Positions 16,227 to 29,600 of a stretch of 64,000 nt of DNA are shown in pieces; the first letter of the stretch is position 1; every line of letters begins with the position of its first letter. Source of the DNA: an uncultured Lachnospiraceae bacterium. GTDB lineage: Bacteria > Bacillota > Clostridia > Lachnospirales > Lachnospiraceae. The position numbers were made by a program, and so were the translations under genes. The notes below the pieces were generated by a model. It saw only the letters and a program-made list of their open reading frames with translations. It searched no databases and had not been told where the DNA came from. The stretch spans positions 8,261 through 72,260 of the forward strand of contig CAJUQO010000009.1 in the NCBI GenBank assembly GCA_910588295.1. Reading direction: 5' to 3'.

Positions 16227-19200
16227 ATGGAGAAAAACAGAATACGTCCGATTACCTCGGGAAAAGGCATGCGGATGAGTTACCAGAGACAAAAGGAAGT
16301 TTTGGAAATGCCCAACCTGATTGAGGTCCAGAAAGATTCCTACAACTGGTTCCTGACCGATGGGTTGAGGGAAGTTTTTGACGACATCTCACCGATCACG
16401 GATTACAGCGGCAAACTGAGCCTGGAATTTGTGGATTTTGCACTCTGCGAGGATGAAGTGAAATATTCCATCGAGGAGTGCAAGGAGCGGGATACCACCT
16501 ATGCGGCGCCCCTGAAGGTGAAGGTGCGGCTGTATAACAGGGAGAACGATGAGATCAATGAGCATGAGATTTTCATGGGCGATCTGCCTCTGATGACGGC
16601 CACCGGCACTTTTGTGATCAACGGCGCGGAGCGTGTCATTGTCAGCCAGCTGGTTCGTTCCCCCGGTATTTACTATGCGATTTCCCACGATAAATTAGGT
16701 AAGGAGCTGTACTCCTGTACGGTGATTCCCAACAGGGGCGCGTGGCTGGAGTATGAGACGGACTCCAACGACGTATTTTATGTTCGTGTGGACCGTACCA
16801 GGAAGGTGCCCATCACGGTGCTGATCCGTGCCCTGGGCTACGGCACTAACCAGGAGATCCTGGATCTGTTCGGCGAGGAACCCAAGATCCTGGCCAGTTT
16901 TTCCAAGGATACGGCGGCCAGCTACCAGGAGGGTCTCCTTGAGCTGTACAAAAAGATCCGTCCCGGCGAGCCCCTGGCAGTAGAGAGCGCGGAGAGCCTG
17001 ATTATGTCCATGTTCTTTGATCCGCGCCGCTATGACCTGGCCAAAGTGGGTCGTTACAAATTTAATAAGAAACTTCTTCTCAGAAACCGCATTACCGGCC
17101 ATGTGCTGGCGGAGGATGTGGTGGATCAGACGACAGGGGAGATTCTGGCCGAGGCAGGGACAAAGGTGACACAGGAGATGGCGGATGCTATCCAGAACGC
17201 GGCTGTTCCCAGCGTATGGATCCAGACGGAGACCAGAAACGTCAAGGTTCTGTCCAGCATGATGGTGGATCTGCGCTCCTTTGTGGATGTGGATCCCGCG
17301 GAGGTGGGCGTGACGGAGCTGGTGTACTACCCGGTGCTGTCCCGGATCCTGTCTGAGAATACGGAGATGGAGGATATCAAGGAGGCGATCCGCCGTGATA
17401 TCCATGACCTGATCCCGAAGCACGTGACCAAGGAAGACATTCTGGCTTCCATCAACTATAATATGCACCTGGAGTACCATCTGGGCAACGATGACGATAT
17501 CGACCATTTGGGCAACCGGCGTATCCGCGCCGTAGGCGAGCTTTTGCAGAACCAGTACCGCATCGGCCTTTCCCGGCTGGAGCGTGTGGTGCGCGAGCGT
17601 ATGACCACCCAGGATATCGAGGGAATTTCGCCCCAGTCGCTGATTAATATCAAGCCGGTGACGGCGGCGGTGAAGGAGTTTTTCGGTTCCTCCCAGTTGT
17701 CGCAGTTCATGGATCAGAACAACCCCCTGGGTGAGCTGACCCATAAGAGGCGTCTTTCTGCCCTGGGCCCCGGCGGCCTGTCCCGTGACCGGGCCGGGTT
17801 TGAGGTGCGTGACGTCCACTATTCCCATTACGGGAGGATGTGCCCCATTGAGACTCCTGAGGGCCCCAACATTGGTTTGATCAATTCCCTGGCGTCTTAT
17901 GCCCGGATCAATCAGTACGGGTTTGTGGAGGCGCCTTACCGGAAAATCGACCGGACCGATCCGAAGAATCCCAGGGTCACCGACGAGGTGGTATATATGA
18001 CCGCCGACGAGGAGGACAATTACCATGTGGCCCAGGCTAATGAGCCCCTGGATGCGGAGGGACATTTCATAAGGAAAAATGTATCTGGCCGTTATATGGA
18101 TGAGACCCAGGAATACGAGAAGAGTATGTTTGAATTTATGGACGTATCCCCGAAGATGGTGTTCTCTGTGGCTACGGCCCTGATTCCGTTCTTGCAGAAC
18201 GATGATGCCAACCGTGCGCTGATGGGTTCCAACATGCAGCGTCAGGCCGTGCCGCTGATGATCACCGAGGCTCCGGTGGTGGGAACGGGCATGGAGGCAA
18301 AGACTGCCGTAGACTCCGGCGTGTGCGTGGTGGCAAAGAAGGCGGGTACGGTTCTGCGCTCCACCTCCCGGGAGATCACGGTCAAATATGACGATGACGG
18401 CAAGGTGGAGAATTACCGCCTGACCAAATTCATGCGCAGTAACCAGAGTAACTGTTACAATCAGAAACCCATTGTGTTTAAAGGCGACCATGTGGAGGCC
18501 GGCGAGGTGATCGCCGACGGCCCGTCAACCTTTGACGGCGAGCTGGCCCTGGGCAAGAATCCCCTGATCGGATTCATGACCTGGGAGGGCTACAACTATG
18601 AGGACGCGGTTCTCTTAAGCGAGCGTCTGGTACAGGAAGATGTATATACTTCCATTCATATAGAAGAATACGAGGCCGAGGCCAGGGATACCAAGCTGGG
18701 ACCGGAGGAGATCACGAAGGATGTGCCCGGCGTGGGCGACGAGGCCCTGAAGGATCTGGATGAGAGAGGTATCATCCGTATCGGCGCCGAGGTGCGCGCC
18801 GGTGATATACTGGTGGGCAAGGTGACGCCCAAGGGCGAGACGGAGCTGACCGCCGAGGAGCGTCTGCTGCGCGCCATCTTCGGTGAGAAGGCCCGGGAAG
18901 TCCGTGACACCTCCCTGAAGGTGCCCCACGGCGAGTACGGTATCGTCGTGGACGCGAAAGTATTCACCAGGGATCACGGCGACGAGCTGTCTCCCGGTGT
19001 CAACCAGTCGGTGCGTATTTATATCGCCCAGAAGAGAAAGATCTCCGTGGGCGACAAGATGGCCGGCCGTCACGGTAACAAGGGTGTGGTTTCCCGCGTG
19101 CTTCCCATGGAGGATATGCCGTTTTTGCCCAACGGGCGTCCGCTGGACATCGTGCTGAATCCCCTGGGTGTGCCTTCCCGAATGAATATCGGGCAGGTGC

Positions 19201-20066
19201 TGGAGATCCATCTGAGCCTGGCCGCCAAGGCTCTGGGCTTTAATATCGCCACGCCGGTGTTTGACGGCGCCAACGAGGTGGATATCCAGGATACCCTGGA
19301 GTTGGCCAATGATTATGTCAATCTGTCCTGGGATGAGTTCTCCGAGAAACACAGGGAAGAGCTGGTTCCGGAAGTATATGAATATCTGGATGAGCATAAA
19401 GACCATCGCAAATTATGGAAAGGTGTGCCGATCTCCCGGGACGGCAAGGTGCTCCTGCGGGACGGCCGGACCGGCGAATTTTTCGACAGCCCCACCACCA
19501 TCGGCCACATGCATTATCTGAAACTGCATCATCTGGTGGACGACAAGATCCATGCCCGTTCCACCGGCCCGTACTCTTTGGTTACGCAGCAGCCCCTGGG
19601 CGGCAAGGCTCAGTTTGGCGGCCAGCGTTTCGGTGAAATGGAGGTGTGGGCCCTGGAGGCGTACGGCGCGTCCTACACCCTGCAGGAGATCCTGACAGTG
19701 AAGTCCGACGATGTGATCGGACGTGTCAAGACCTACGAGGCCATCATTAAGGGAGACAATATTCCCGAGCCGGGTATCCCCGAGTCCTTCAAGGTTATGC
19801 TCAAGGAGCTGCAGTCTTTGGGCCTGGATATCAAGGTGCTCAAGGATGACAATACGGAAGTACAGATCATGGAGACCAGCGATTACGGCGATACGGATCT
19901 GCGCTCGATCATTGAGGGCGACAGGAGTTACCGCAGAGAGGAGGAATCCTTCGGCGACTACGGCTTTAGCAAACAGGAGTTTGAGGGAGAGGAGCTAAAG
20001 GATGTGGAAGAGCCTGAGGAAGAGCCCGCGTATGCCGCTCTGGACGACGTTCTGGATGAAGAGTAG
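16227..20066 (+). CDS. rpoB: DNA-directed RNA polymerase subunit beta
   Basis: 1279 aa and collinear with bacterial beta (..[24 protein letters not shown].., ..[10 protein letters not shown].., ..[13 protein letters not shown]..). Acidic C-terminal tail. Confidence 0.97.
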   Translation: MEKNRIRPITSGKGMRMSYQRQKEVLEMPNLIEVQKDSYNWFLTDGLREVFDDISPITDYSGKLSLEFVDFALCEDEVKYSIEECKERDTTYAAPLKVKVRLYNRENDEINEHEIFMGDLPLMTATGTFVINGAERVIVSQLVRSPGIYYAISHDKLGKELYSCTVIPNRGAWLEYETDSNDVFYVRVDRTRKVPITVLIRALGYGTNQEILDLFGEEPKILASFSKDTAASYQEGLLELYKKIRPGEPLAVESAESLIMSMFFDPRRYDLAKVGRYKFNKKLLLRNRITGHVLAEDVVDQTTGEILAEAGTKVTQEMADAIQNAAVPSVWIQTETRNVKVLSSMMVDLRSFVDVDPAEVGVTELVYYPVLSRILSENTEMEDIKEAIRRDIHDLIPKHVTKEDILASINYNMHLEYHLGNDDDIDHLGNRRIRAVGELLQNQYRIGLSRLERVVRERMTTQDIEGISPQSLINIKPVTAAVKEFFGSSQLSQFMDQNNPLGELTHKRRLSALGPGGLSRDRAGFEVRDVHYSHYGRMCPIETPEGPNIGLINSLASYARINQYGFVEAPYRKIDRTDPKNPRVTDEVVYMTADEEDNYHVAQANEPLDAEGHFIRKNVSGRYMDETQEYEKSMFEFMDVSPKMVFSVATALIPFLQNDDANRALMGSNMQRQAVPLMITEAPVVGTGMEAKTAVDSGVCVVAKKAGTVLRSTSREITVKYDDDGKVENYRLTKFMRSNQSNCYNQKPIVFKGDHVEAGEVIADGPSTFDGELALGKNPLIGFMTWEGYNYEDAVLLSERLVQEDVYTSIHIEEYEAEARDTKLGPEEITKDVPGVGDEALKDLDERGIIRIGAEVRAGDILVGKVTPKGETELTAEERLLRAIFGEKAREVRDTSLKVPHGEYGIVVDAKVFTRDHGDELSPGVNQSVRIYIAQKRKISVGDKMAGRHGNKGVVSRVLPMEDMPFLPNGRPLDIVLNPLGVPSRMNIGQVLEIHLSLAAKALGFNIATPVFDGANEVDIQDTLELANDYVNLSWDEFSEKHREELVPEVYEYLDEHKDHRKLWKGVPISRDGKVLLRDGRTGEFFDSPTTIGHMHYLKLHHLVDDKIHARSTGPYSLVTQQPLGGKAQFGGQRFGEMEVWALEAYGASYTLQEILTVKSDDVIGRVKTYEAIIKGDNIPEPGIPESFKVMLKELQSLGLDIKVLKDDNTEVQIMETSDYGDTDLRSIIEGDRSYRREEESFGDYGFSKQEFEGEELKDVEEPEEEPAYAALDDVLDEE

Positions 20067-20077
20067 GAGGGATAGTA

Positions 20078-23998
<3,921 letters not shown>

Positions 23999-24009
23999 CA
24001 AATAGAAAA

Positions 24010-24051
24010 AGACCTGCTGCCCGTACACAAGCGGGACGGCGGGTCTTTTTT
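24010..24051 (+). terminator. rho-independent terminator after rpoC
   Basis: GACC..CCCG-tacacaa-GCGGG..GGTC imperfect GC-rich hairpin followed by T6. Confidence 0.7.
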
Positions 24052-24116
24052 ATATCCGGACAAACAAAACGGCCGGGACGTGTGTGACCATTTTCAGAAC
24101 AAAAATAAAAAAACCC

Positions 24117-24145
24117 TTGCATATGTAAACAAAAGTGGTTATACT
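24117..24145 (+). promoter_or_regulatory. putative promoter of the kinase operon
   Basis: TTGCAT (24117-24122), 17 nt, TATACT (24140-24145). It leaves a roughly 135-nt 5' UTR. Confidence 0.5.
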
Positions 24146-24285
24146 AAAGATATCATTTATCTATTGTCTATTCGACAAATGTTTCCCATTTATTAAAAGT
24201 GAATATGATAATGGCCTTTAGAGTCGGCGCGGGCTGGCATGCGTTATGTCTGCCATAGCCAAGAGGGCTGTTTGGAGGGATTGCG

Positions 24286-26097
24286 ATGCTGGAAATAGGA
24301 ACTGTAGTGGACGGCAAATATAAGATCCTCAGTAAAGTAGGGCAGGGCGGCATGAGCGTCGTGTATCTGGCGCTGAATGAACGGGCCAATAAGACATGGG
24401 CCATCAAAGAGGTGCGGAAGGACGGAGTGCGGGATTTTGCCACGGTGAAACAAAGAGTGGTCGCGGAGATAGAGATTTTAAAGGGGCTGAACCATACATA
24501 TCTGCCCTGCATCATCGATATCCTTGATGATGACGACACGTTTATCATTGTTATGGATTATATAGAGGGCCGGGCGCTGGATGTGGTACTGCGGGAGAAT
24601 CTATCGGAGAAGCATCTTCCCGTTGCCGCGGAAGACGTGATTGCCTGGGGCGTTCAGCTCTGTGAGGTACTGCGCTACCTTCATACCAGGGAACCCCCCA
24701 TTGTTTACCGGGATATGAAACCGTCCAATATTATGCTTAAACCGGACGGGAAGATTTGTTTAATAGATTTCGGTACGGCCAGAATATTTAAAAAGGGCAA
24801 TTCCGACGATACTACCTGCCTGGGCACACCCGGTTATGCGGCGCCGGAGCAGTACGGAGGGAACGGCCAGTCCAGTCCTCGGAGTGATATCTACTGCCTG
24901 GGCGCTACCCTGCATCATCTGATCACCGGGCGTAATCCGGCAGCCACTCCTTTTCATTTTCCGCCGATTACCCAGTGCCGTCCTTCGCTTTTGGAAGAGA
25001 CGCCGAAGGAATTAAGAAATGCGCTGCGGGGACTGGAAATAATCATTGGAACATGTACCCGGTACAGGGAAGAGGAGCGTTACCAAAATTGTGCTCAGCT
25101 GCAGTATGCCCTGGAGCATCCGGAAAAGCTGGGATTTTCGTACAGAAGGAAATTAAAAAGAAAACTGCTGGCTTTTTCTGCCAGCACCGGTATGGGACTG
25201 CTCATGGGGATTAGTTCGCTGGCCGGCGCCGTTCTGGCCGGGCAGGAAAAGGCTACGGGTTTTGATTACTATATGGAGAGCGCTTCGACGGCGGCAGATC
25301 AGGATAAACTGGGGTTATATCGAAAGGCCATAGCCCTTAAGCCCCGGCGGGAGGAGGGATGGCTGGGAATGCTGGAGACGGTGGGTGCGGATGACAGGTT
25401 TACCGCAGAGGAGGACGGCTGCATTCTTTCTCTTTTGAGCTCCAGGGATAACGGCAGGAGCCAGGATAATAAAACTATCTTTCGAAAGAATGAAGCCGGA
25501 TATGTCCGTTTTGCCTATAATCTGGGGATGCTGTACTACTATGCGGAAGGCAGAGGGCATAATAAGGCGTCCGCCGGCGGCTGGTTTGACGTTGTCTGTC
25601 AGGCGGATCTGTCAAGTCTGGATCTGGGTGCGGATAATGATAAAAAATCGGCCTGGAAAGCCCGTGCGGAGACATTGGGTAAAATCAGCGGCTACAACAG
25701 CAGGATTGGGAAGACTAATCTGGCAGGTGACGCGCAGACTACGTATCTTGATTACTGGAACGACCTAAAGAGCCTTGTGGACGACAATATTGCCGGTCAG
25801 GATAATGTGGTCACGGAGCTGCGGCTGTATAACGAGATTGCCTACCAGGTCTGTACCCATTGTGATGCCTTTTGCGAAGCCGGAGTGACCGGGGAGGATA
25901 TGACACGGGCCCTGGCCGATATGGAAAGTCTTGTTCGGGGATTGCATACTGCGGATAATCCGGTGGCGGAGGGTCTGGAAAAAGAGATTCTAAAAGTGGT
26001 CGAGCTGGGTAGAAAACAGGTAGCGGCTGTTTTCGCAGCTAATGCACGGATAGGAACCGTTGGGGATATCGTGATGAAAGGAGACGAGACGGGATGA
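24286..26097 (+). CDS. transmembrane Hanks-type Ser/Thr protein kinase with non-PASTA extracellular domain
   Basis: 603 aa. GQGGMSVVY (G-loop), WAIKEV (VAIK Lys), YRDMKPSNIM (catalytic loop, Tyr in place of the HRD His), DFGTA, GTPGYAAPEQ. One TM (LLAFSASTGMGLLMGISSLAGAVLAG). A roughly 280-aa helical C-terminal ectodomain has no PASTA repeats that I can see. Confidence 0.9.
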   Translation: MLEIGTVVDGKYKILSKVGQGGMSVVYLALNERANKTWAIKEVRKDGVRDFATVKQRVVAEIEILKGLNHTYLPCIIDILDDDDTFIIVMDYIEGRALDVVLRENLSEKHLPVAAEDVIAWGVQLCEVLRYLHTREPPIVYRDMKPSNIMLKPDGKICLIDFGTARIFKKGNSDDTTCLGTPGYAAPEQYGGNGQSSPRSDIYCLGATLHHLITGRNPAATPFHFPPITQCRPSLLEETPKELRNALRGLEIIIGTCTRYREEERYQNCAQLQYALEHPEKLGFSYRRKLKRKLLAFSASTGMGLLMGISSLAGAVLAGQEKATGFDYYMESASTAADQDKLGLYRKAIALKPRREEGWLGMLETVGADDRFTAEEDGCILSLLSSRDNGRSQDNKTIFRKNEAGYVRFAYNLGMLYYYAEGRGHNKASAGGWFDVVCQADLSSLDLGADNDKKSAWKARAETLGKISGYNSRIGKTNLAGDAQTTYLDYWNDLKSLVDDNIAGQDNVVTELRLYNEIAYQVCTHCDAFCEAGVTGEDMTRALADMESLVRGLHTADNPVAEGLEKEILKVVELGRKQVAAVFAANARIGTVGDIVMKGDETG

Positions 26098-26540
26098 CGG
26101 AAGCATCAATAATACAAAATTTTGAAAGGCGCTGCTGTTTATATGAAAAAATCTGCCTGTACTGCGGTGTAGCGGCCGTCATTTTCCTGCTGTTGTCCAT
26201 GATCTTTTTTTTGGCCTTACATATTCCGCAGGTGTTTGGGGAGTTCACGGGGCGGACGGCCCGCAGGGCAGTACGGCGCATGACAGACGGCAGCAGGCGA
26301 AGGTACAGGCCCGTAACGGGAGAAAGAGAAGCCGGGTCACGTTCCCGCCGGGAACAGGGCGGCAGAAATGACGCGCCGTCTGGTCTGGCGTTCCAGGGCG
26401 ATACCATGGCGTCCCATACCATGCAGAGGGCGTCGGCTTTTTTTACGGCTGAGACAGCCGCGCTGCCGCAGGAGGAGCCGGAGACAGCCGCGCTGCCGTT
26501 GGGGGAGACGGAAACGATTGTGCCGAAAGGAAGAAGATAA
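26094..26540 (+). CDS. small bitopic membrane protein with Arg/Pro-rich tail
   Basis: 148 aa, with an ATGA overlap onto the kinase stop. One TM (ICLYCGVAAVIFLLLSMIFFLALHI). Basic stretch RTARRAVRRMTDGSRRRYRP and a repeated ETAALP(Q/L) unit. I recognise no family. Confidence 0.6.
   Translation: MTEASIIQNFERRCCLYEKICLYCGVAAVIFLLLSMIFFLALHIPQVFGEFTGRTARRAVRRMTDGSRRRYRPVTGEREAGSRSRREQGGRNDAPSGLAFQGDTMASHTMQRASAFFTAETAALPQEEPETAALPLGETETIVPKGRR
26451..26498 (+). repeat. 30-bp-period direct repeat inside the small membrane-protein gene
   Basis: GAGACAGCCGCGCTGCCG occurs at 26451-26468 and again at 26481-26498. Confidence 0.6.
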
Positions 26541-26625
26541 TGCCATAAAAAGTATGAGGGAAGCGGAAAGAGGGGACGGCCTTAAAGAACGCTGAGGAAA
26601 TTCATGTGGACGAGGTAAAGGAAAT

Positions 26626-29600
26626 ATGAAAAAGGAGAAGAAACTGGGGATAAAAAGAATACCGGCTTTTTTGCTGGCTATGGCACTGGCCTTTTTTGCG
26701 TGTCTGCCGCTCAATTTGTACAGCATGATGGCGGCAGAGAGTGGTGCGGAGGACATAAGGATCAAAGCAGAATTATCCGAAGACGCAGGCTCTTCCGGAG
26801 AAGAGAGTAATAACGAAACTGAAAAGGACGAAGCCAGTGATGGAGAGAGGAAGAACGGGAAGGTTATATTTTCAGGAGCGTATACGGAGCAGGCTCCTTT
26901 GACGTTGGTATACGGGACAGTGGGGGCGGCAGAAGTTTTTTCTCTTCGGTGTGAGGATGAAAGGCTTCCGGATGAAGTATTACCTGACGTTTCGGTTTTA
27001 GTGGGGGATAAAAGTGTGCTGGGTGTTGCCGTAGATCCGGAGAATAGAACGGTCACATTTACACCCCGAAAAGTTTCCGGGGAGCCGACAAGAGTGGAAC
27101 TGTCCATGGAGACGGAACATTACAGCTTTAAGGGCGCTATTTATATAAAAGTGCTTCCTCTCCCGCTGGCCATTGATACCGGCAGCATCACTGTCAGCGC
27201 GCCGGGAAAGGGGAGCTATACGAACTCAAAGATCTATGATGCCGATGACAGCGTGGACGTCAGAGCTACCTTGAAAACGTCGGGAGAATTTTCTGTGACG
27301 GCTCAAACAGAGCAGGAGGTGAAACAGTATTTTACCGATGTGGTTTTCTATAATTATGCCAGCGGCCTGGTAAATGTGCAGGGGGAAAATGGGACGCAGT
27401 CTTTTTGCTTTGCGCCAGGGGATCTGTCTTTATGTACAGATATCGCAGACGTGTCAGTCAGAAACAGCTATACCGTTATAGCTGATGAAAAAGCAGCGGA
27501 TATTCCTCTGATTATTAAAAAGAGAATACTGTCTTTGGCCGTCGCGGACAGCGAGAGGCCGTTTAGAAGTCTCGCCTATACAAAGCCATTGCGGACGCTG
27601 GTTGATGTAGAAGCGGGCGGAGAAGATACGGGGTTTGTGGGGAAGGATTGCGCAGAAATGGAGGGGTTTTCTTTTCCCATGGTTATAGATACCACAGCAA
27701 AGGGACTGACAGAGAAGAATGTCAGAACAGAAGATACGGCAGTTTACGGTGCGCATGGGGAAGGGCTGATACTGGATACTGCTACTGGAAATGCCACGGG
27801 CAATTATGCGTTTGATCTGCGGAATTATACCAGGGGCACACTGGCCATATCAGAAGAAATAGACGCCGAAGATTACGTGACGATAGATAGAACGTCCAGC
27901 GTCCGCGTATGTGAAATAGCCAGAGACGGAAGACAGGTTTGCTGTTTTGGCCGGGATGCGCGGATTCGGTTTGCCTTGGGCGGCGGTTACAATAAGATCT
28001 ATCTGGCCGACGGTACGGATGTCACAGGCACGGGGATTGCGGGCCCTGTTCCCGCCGCCGATATTTCAGGCGGCGTCAATGAACTGAGTTTTTACCTTAC
28101 CAGAGAGGAGCCCGTGGCTGCGGGAACAGTCAGAGCCAAGACGAAGCCTTTCCGCCTTTATTTCGTTTACGACCAGGACGCGCCGGACTGTACAAAAATG
28201 GTTTTTGGCGTGAAAAACAGAGTCATTTCTGACCTGGCTTCCGTGATCACTTTCGGGATTTATGATAATAAGCAGATGGTAGCCGATGTATCCTTTGATG
28301 ATGCCGTGGCCGGAGTAAACAGCTGGTCCTATTTTATAGCGGCAACGGACAGGGACGGTACATATGAAGAGCTTTTGGAAAACGCCGTGTTTCAGGCAGG
28401 GACGGCGGATGGGAGGATTCCGGTGGGCACGTTGGCGGGCGGGCAGCCGCCGGGAGAAGGGAATAATTATGTTGTATTTGTCAAAGTGACGGATCGTGTG
28501 GGGAACTCCGGCATCTATGGGTCCAATGGCATTGTACTGGAGAATTTCCGTGACATTTCCGTCAGCTATAGGGAAAGAGCGGCAGGGGAAGCCGAGTCTG
28601 CAGGAACATGGAATGGTATTACATATTATTCCGGTGATGCCGTACTGACTCTGAAAGCGGAAGAAAACGCCGGCGAGAGCGGCTATTATTCCGGGCTCAA
28701 AAATATGGCGTATGTGGTTACCAGACATTCCGGCGACGGAAAGATCGTGACAGATCGGGAAAAAACAATTGTAACGAAAAATACAGAGGATCACGCCGTT
28801 TTACCTGCGTTTCCCGGAGAGGTTACACTGGCCGGGCTGAGGGAATACTGTGTGATCACAAAGACATTGGAATTTGCCAATAATCCGCAAAAATCCCAGA
28901 TTATTACCGTCAGTGCAGAAGCCGGAGATCATGCGGGCAATATCATGGGGAAGCCTTCGCGGCATACGATTGTGCTGGATTCGATCTGCCCGGAGGTCAC
29001 GTCTTCTTGTACGCAGGCCAATCACCACGGGGCATTTTTGAACGGATCTTACGCTAACAGCGGGGTAACGTATACCGTTACCGTCAGGGAGCGCTTTTTG
29101 CAGAAGCTGAAAGTGCATATCAATGACATGTCCTGCACGCTGGCCGAGCTGGAAGCAAAAAAGGATTCTCTGGGTATTTCATCCGTCACAAAGGACGCGG
29201 AGGCAGATATTTCACAGTCGACGGACGAGACGGTATATCATTTCAGCATTACCTTTACGGCAGACGGCGAGTATACATTACAGACGACAGCCGTGGATGC
29301 AGCCGGTAACAGTGGTCATGATTCCCCTTTTTATTTTGTGATCGATACGGTGCGGCCCAAACTGGAACTTACCTATACGGCTGTTCATACGGACGGCACG
29401 CGGATGGTTCTGGATCTGTCCAAAGACCGTGTGTTTGCGGGCGGAGATGTCTCCCATGTAACGGTATCAGCTGTGGTGACAGAGCGCAATTTTGCTCCCG
29501 GAGAGGCAGAACTTATAGTCAGAGCCACAGACAGCCGGGGCAGAGAAGTTCGGGTGGCCGATTACGATGCGGCTATCCGCAGCGGCTGGATAAATAAAGG

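Noticed and set aside
16695-18491. 598-aa ORF on the - strand
   Set aside because: It lies entirely antisense to rpoB. The composition (H/R/G/L/V-rich) is typical of a shadow ORF in a GC-rich gene, with no RBS and no recognisable family.
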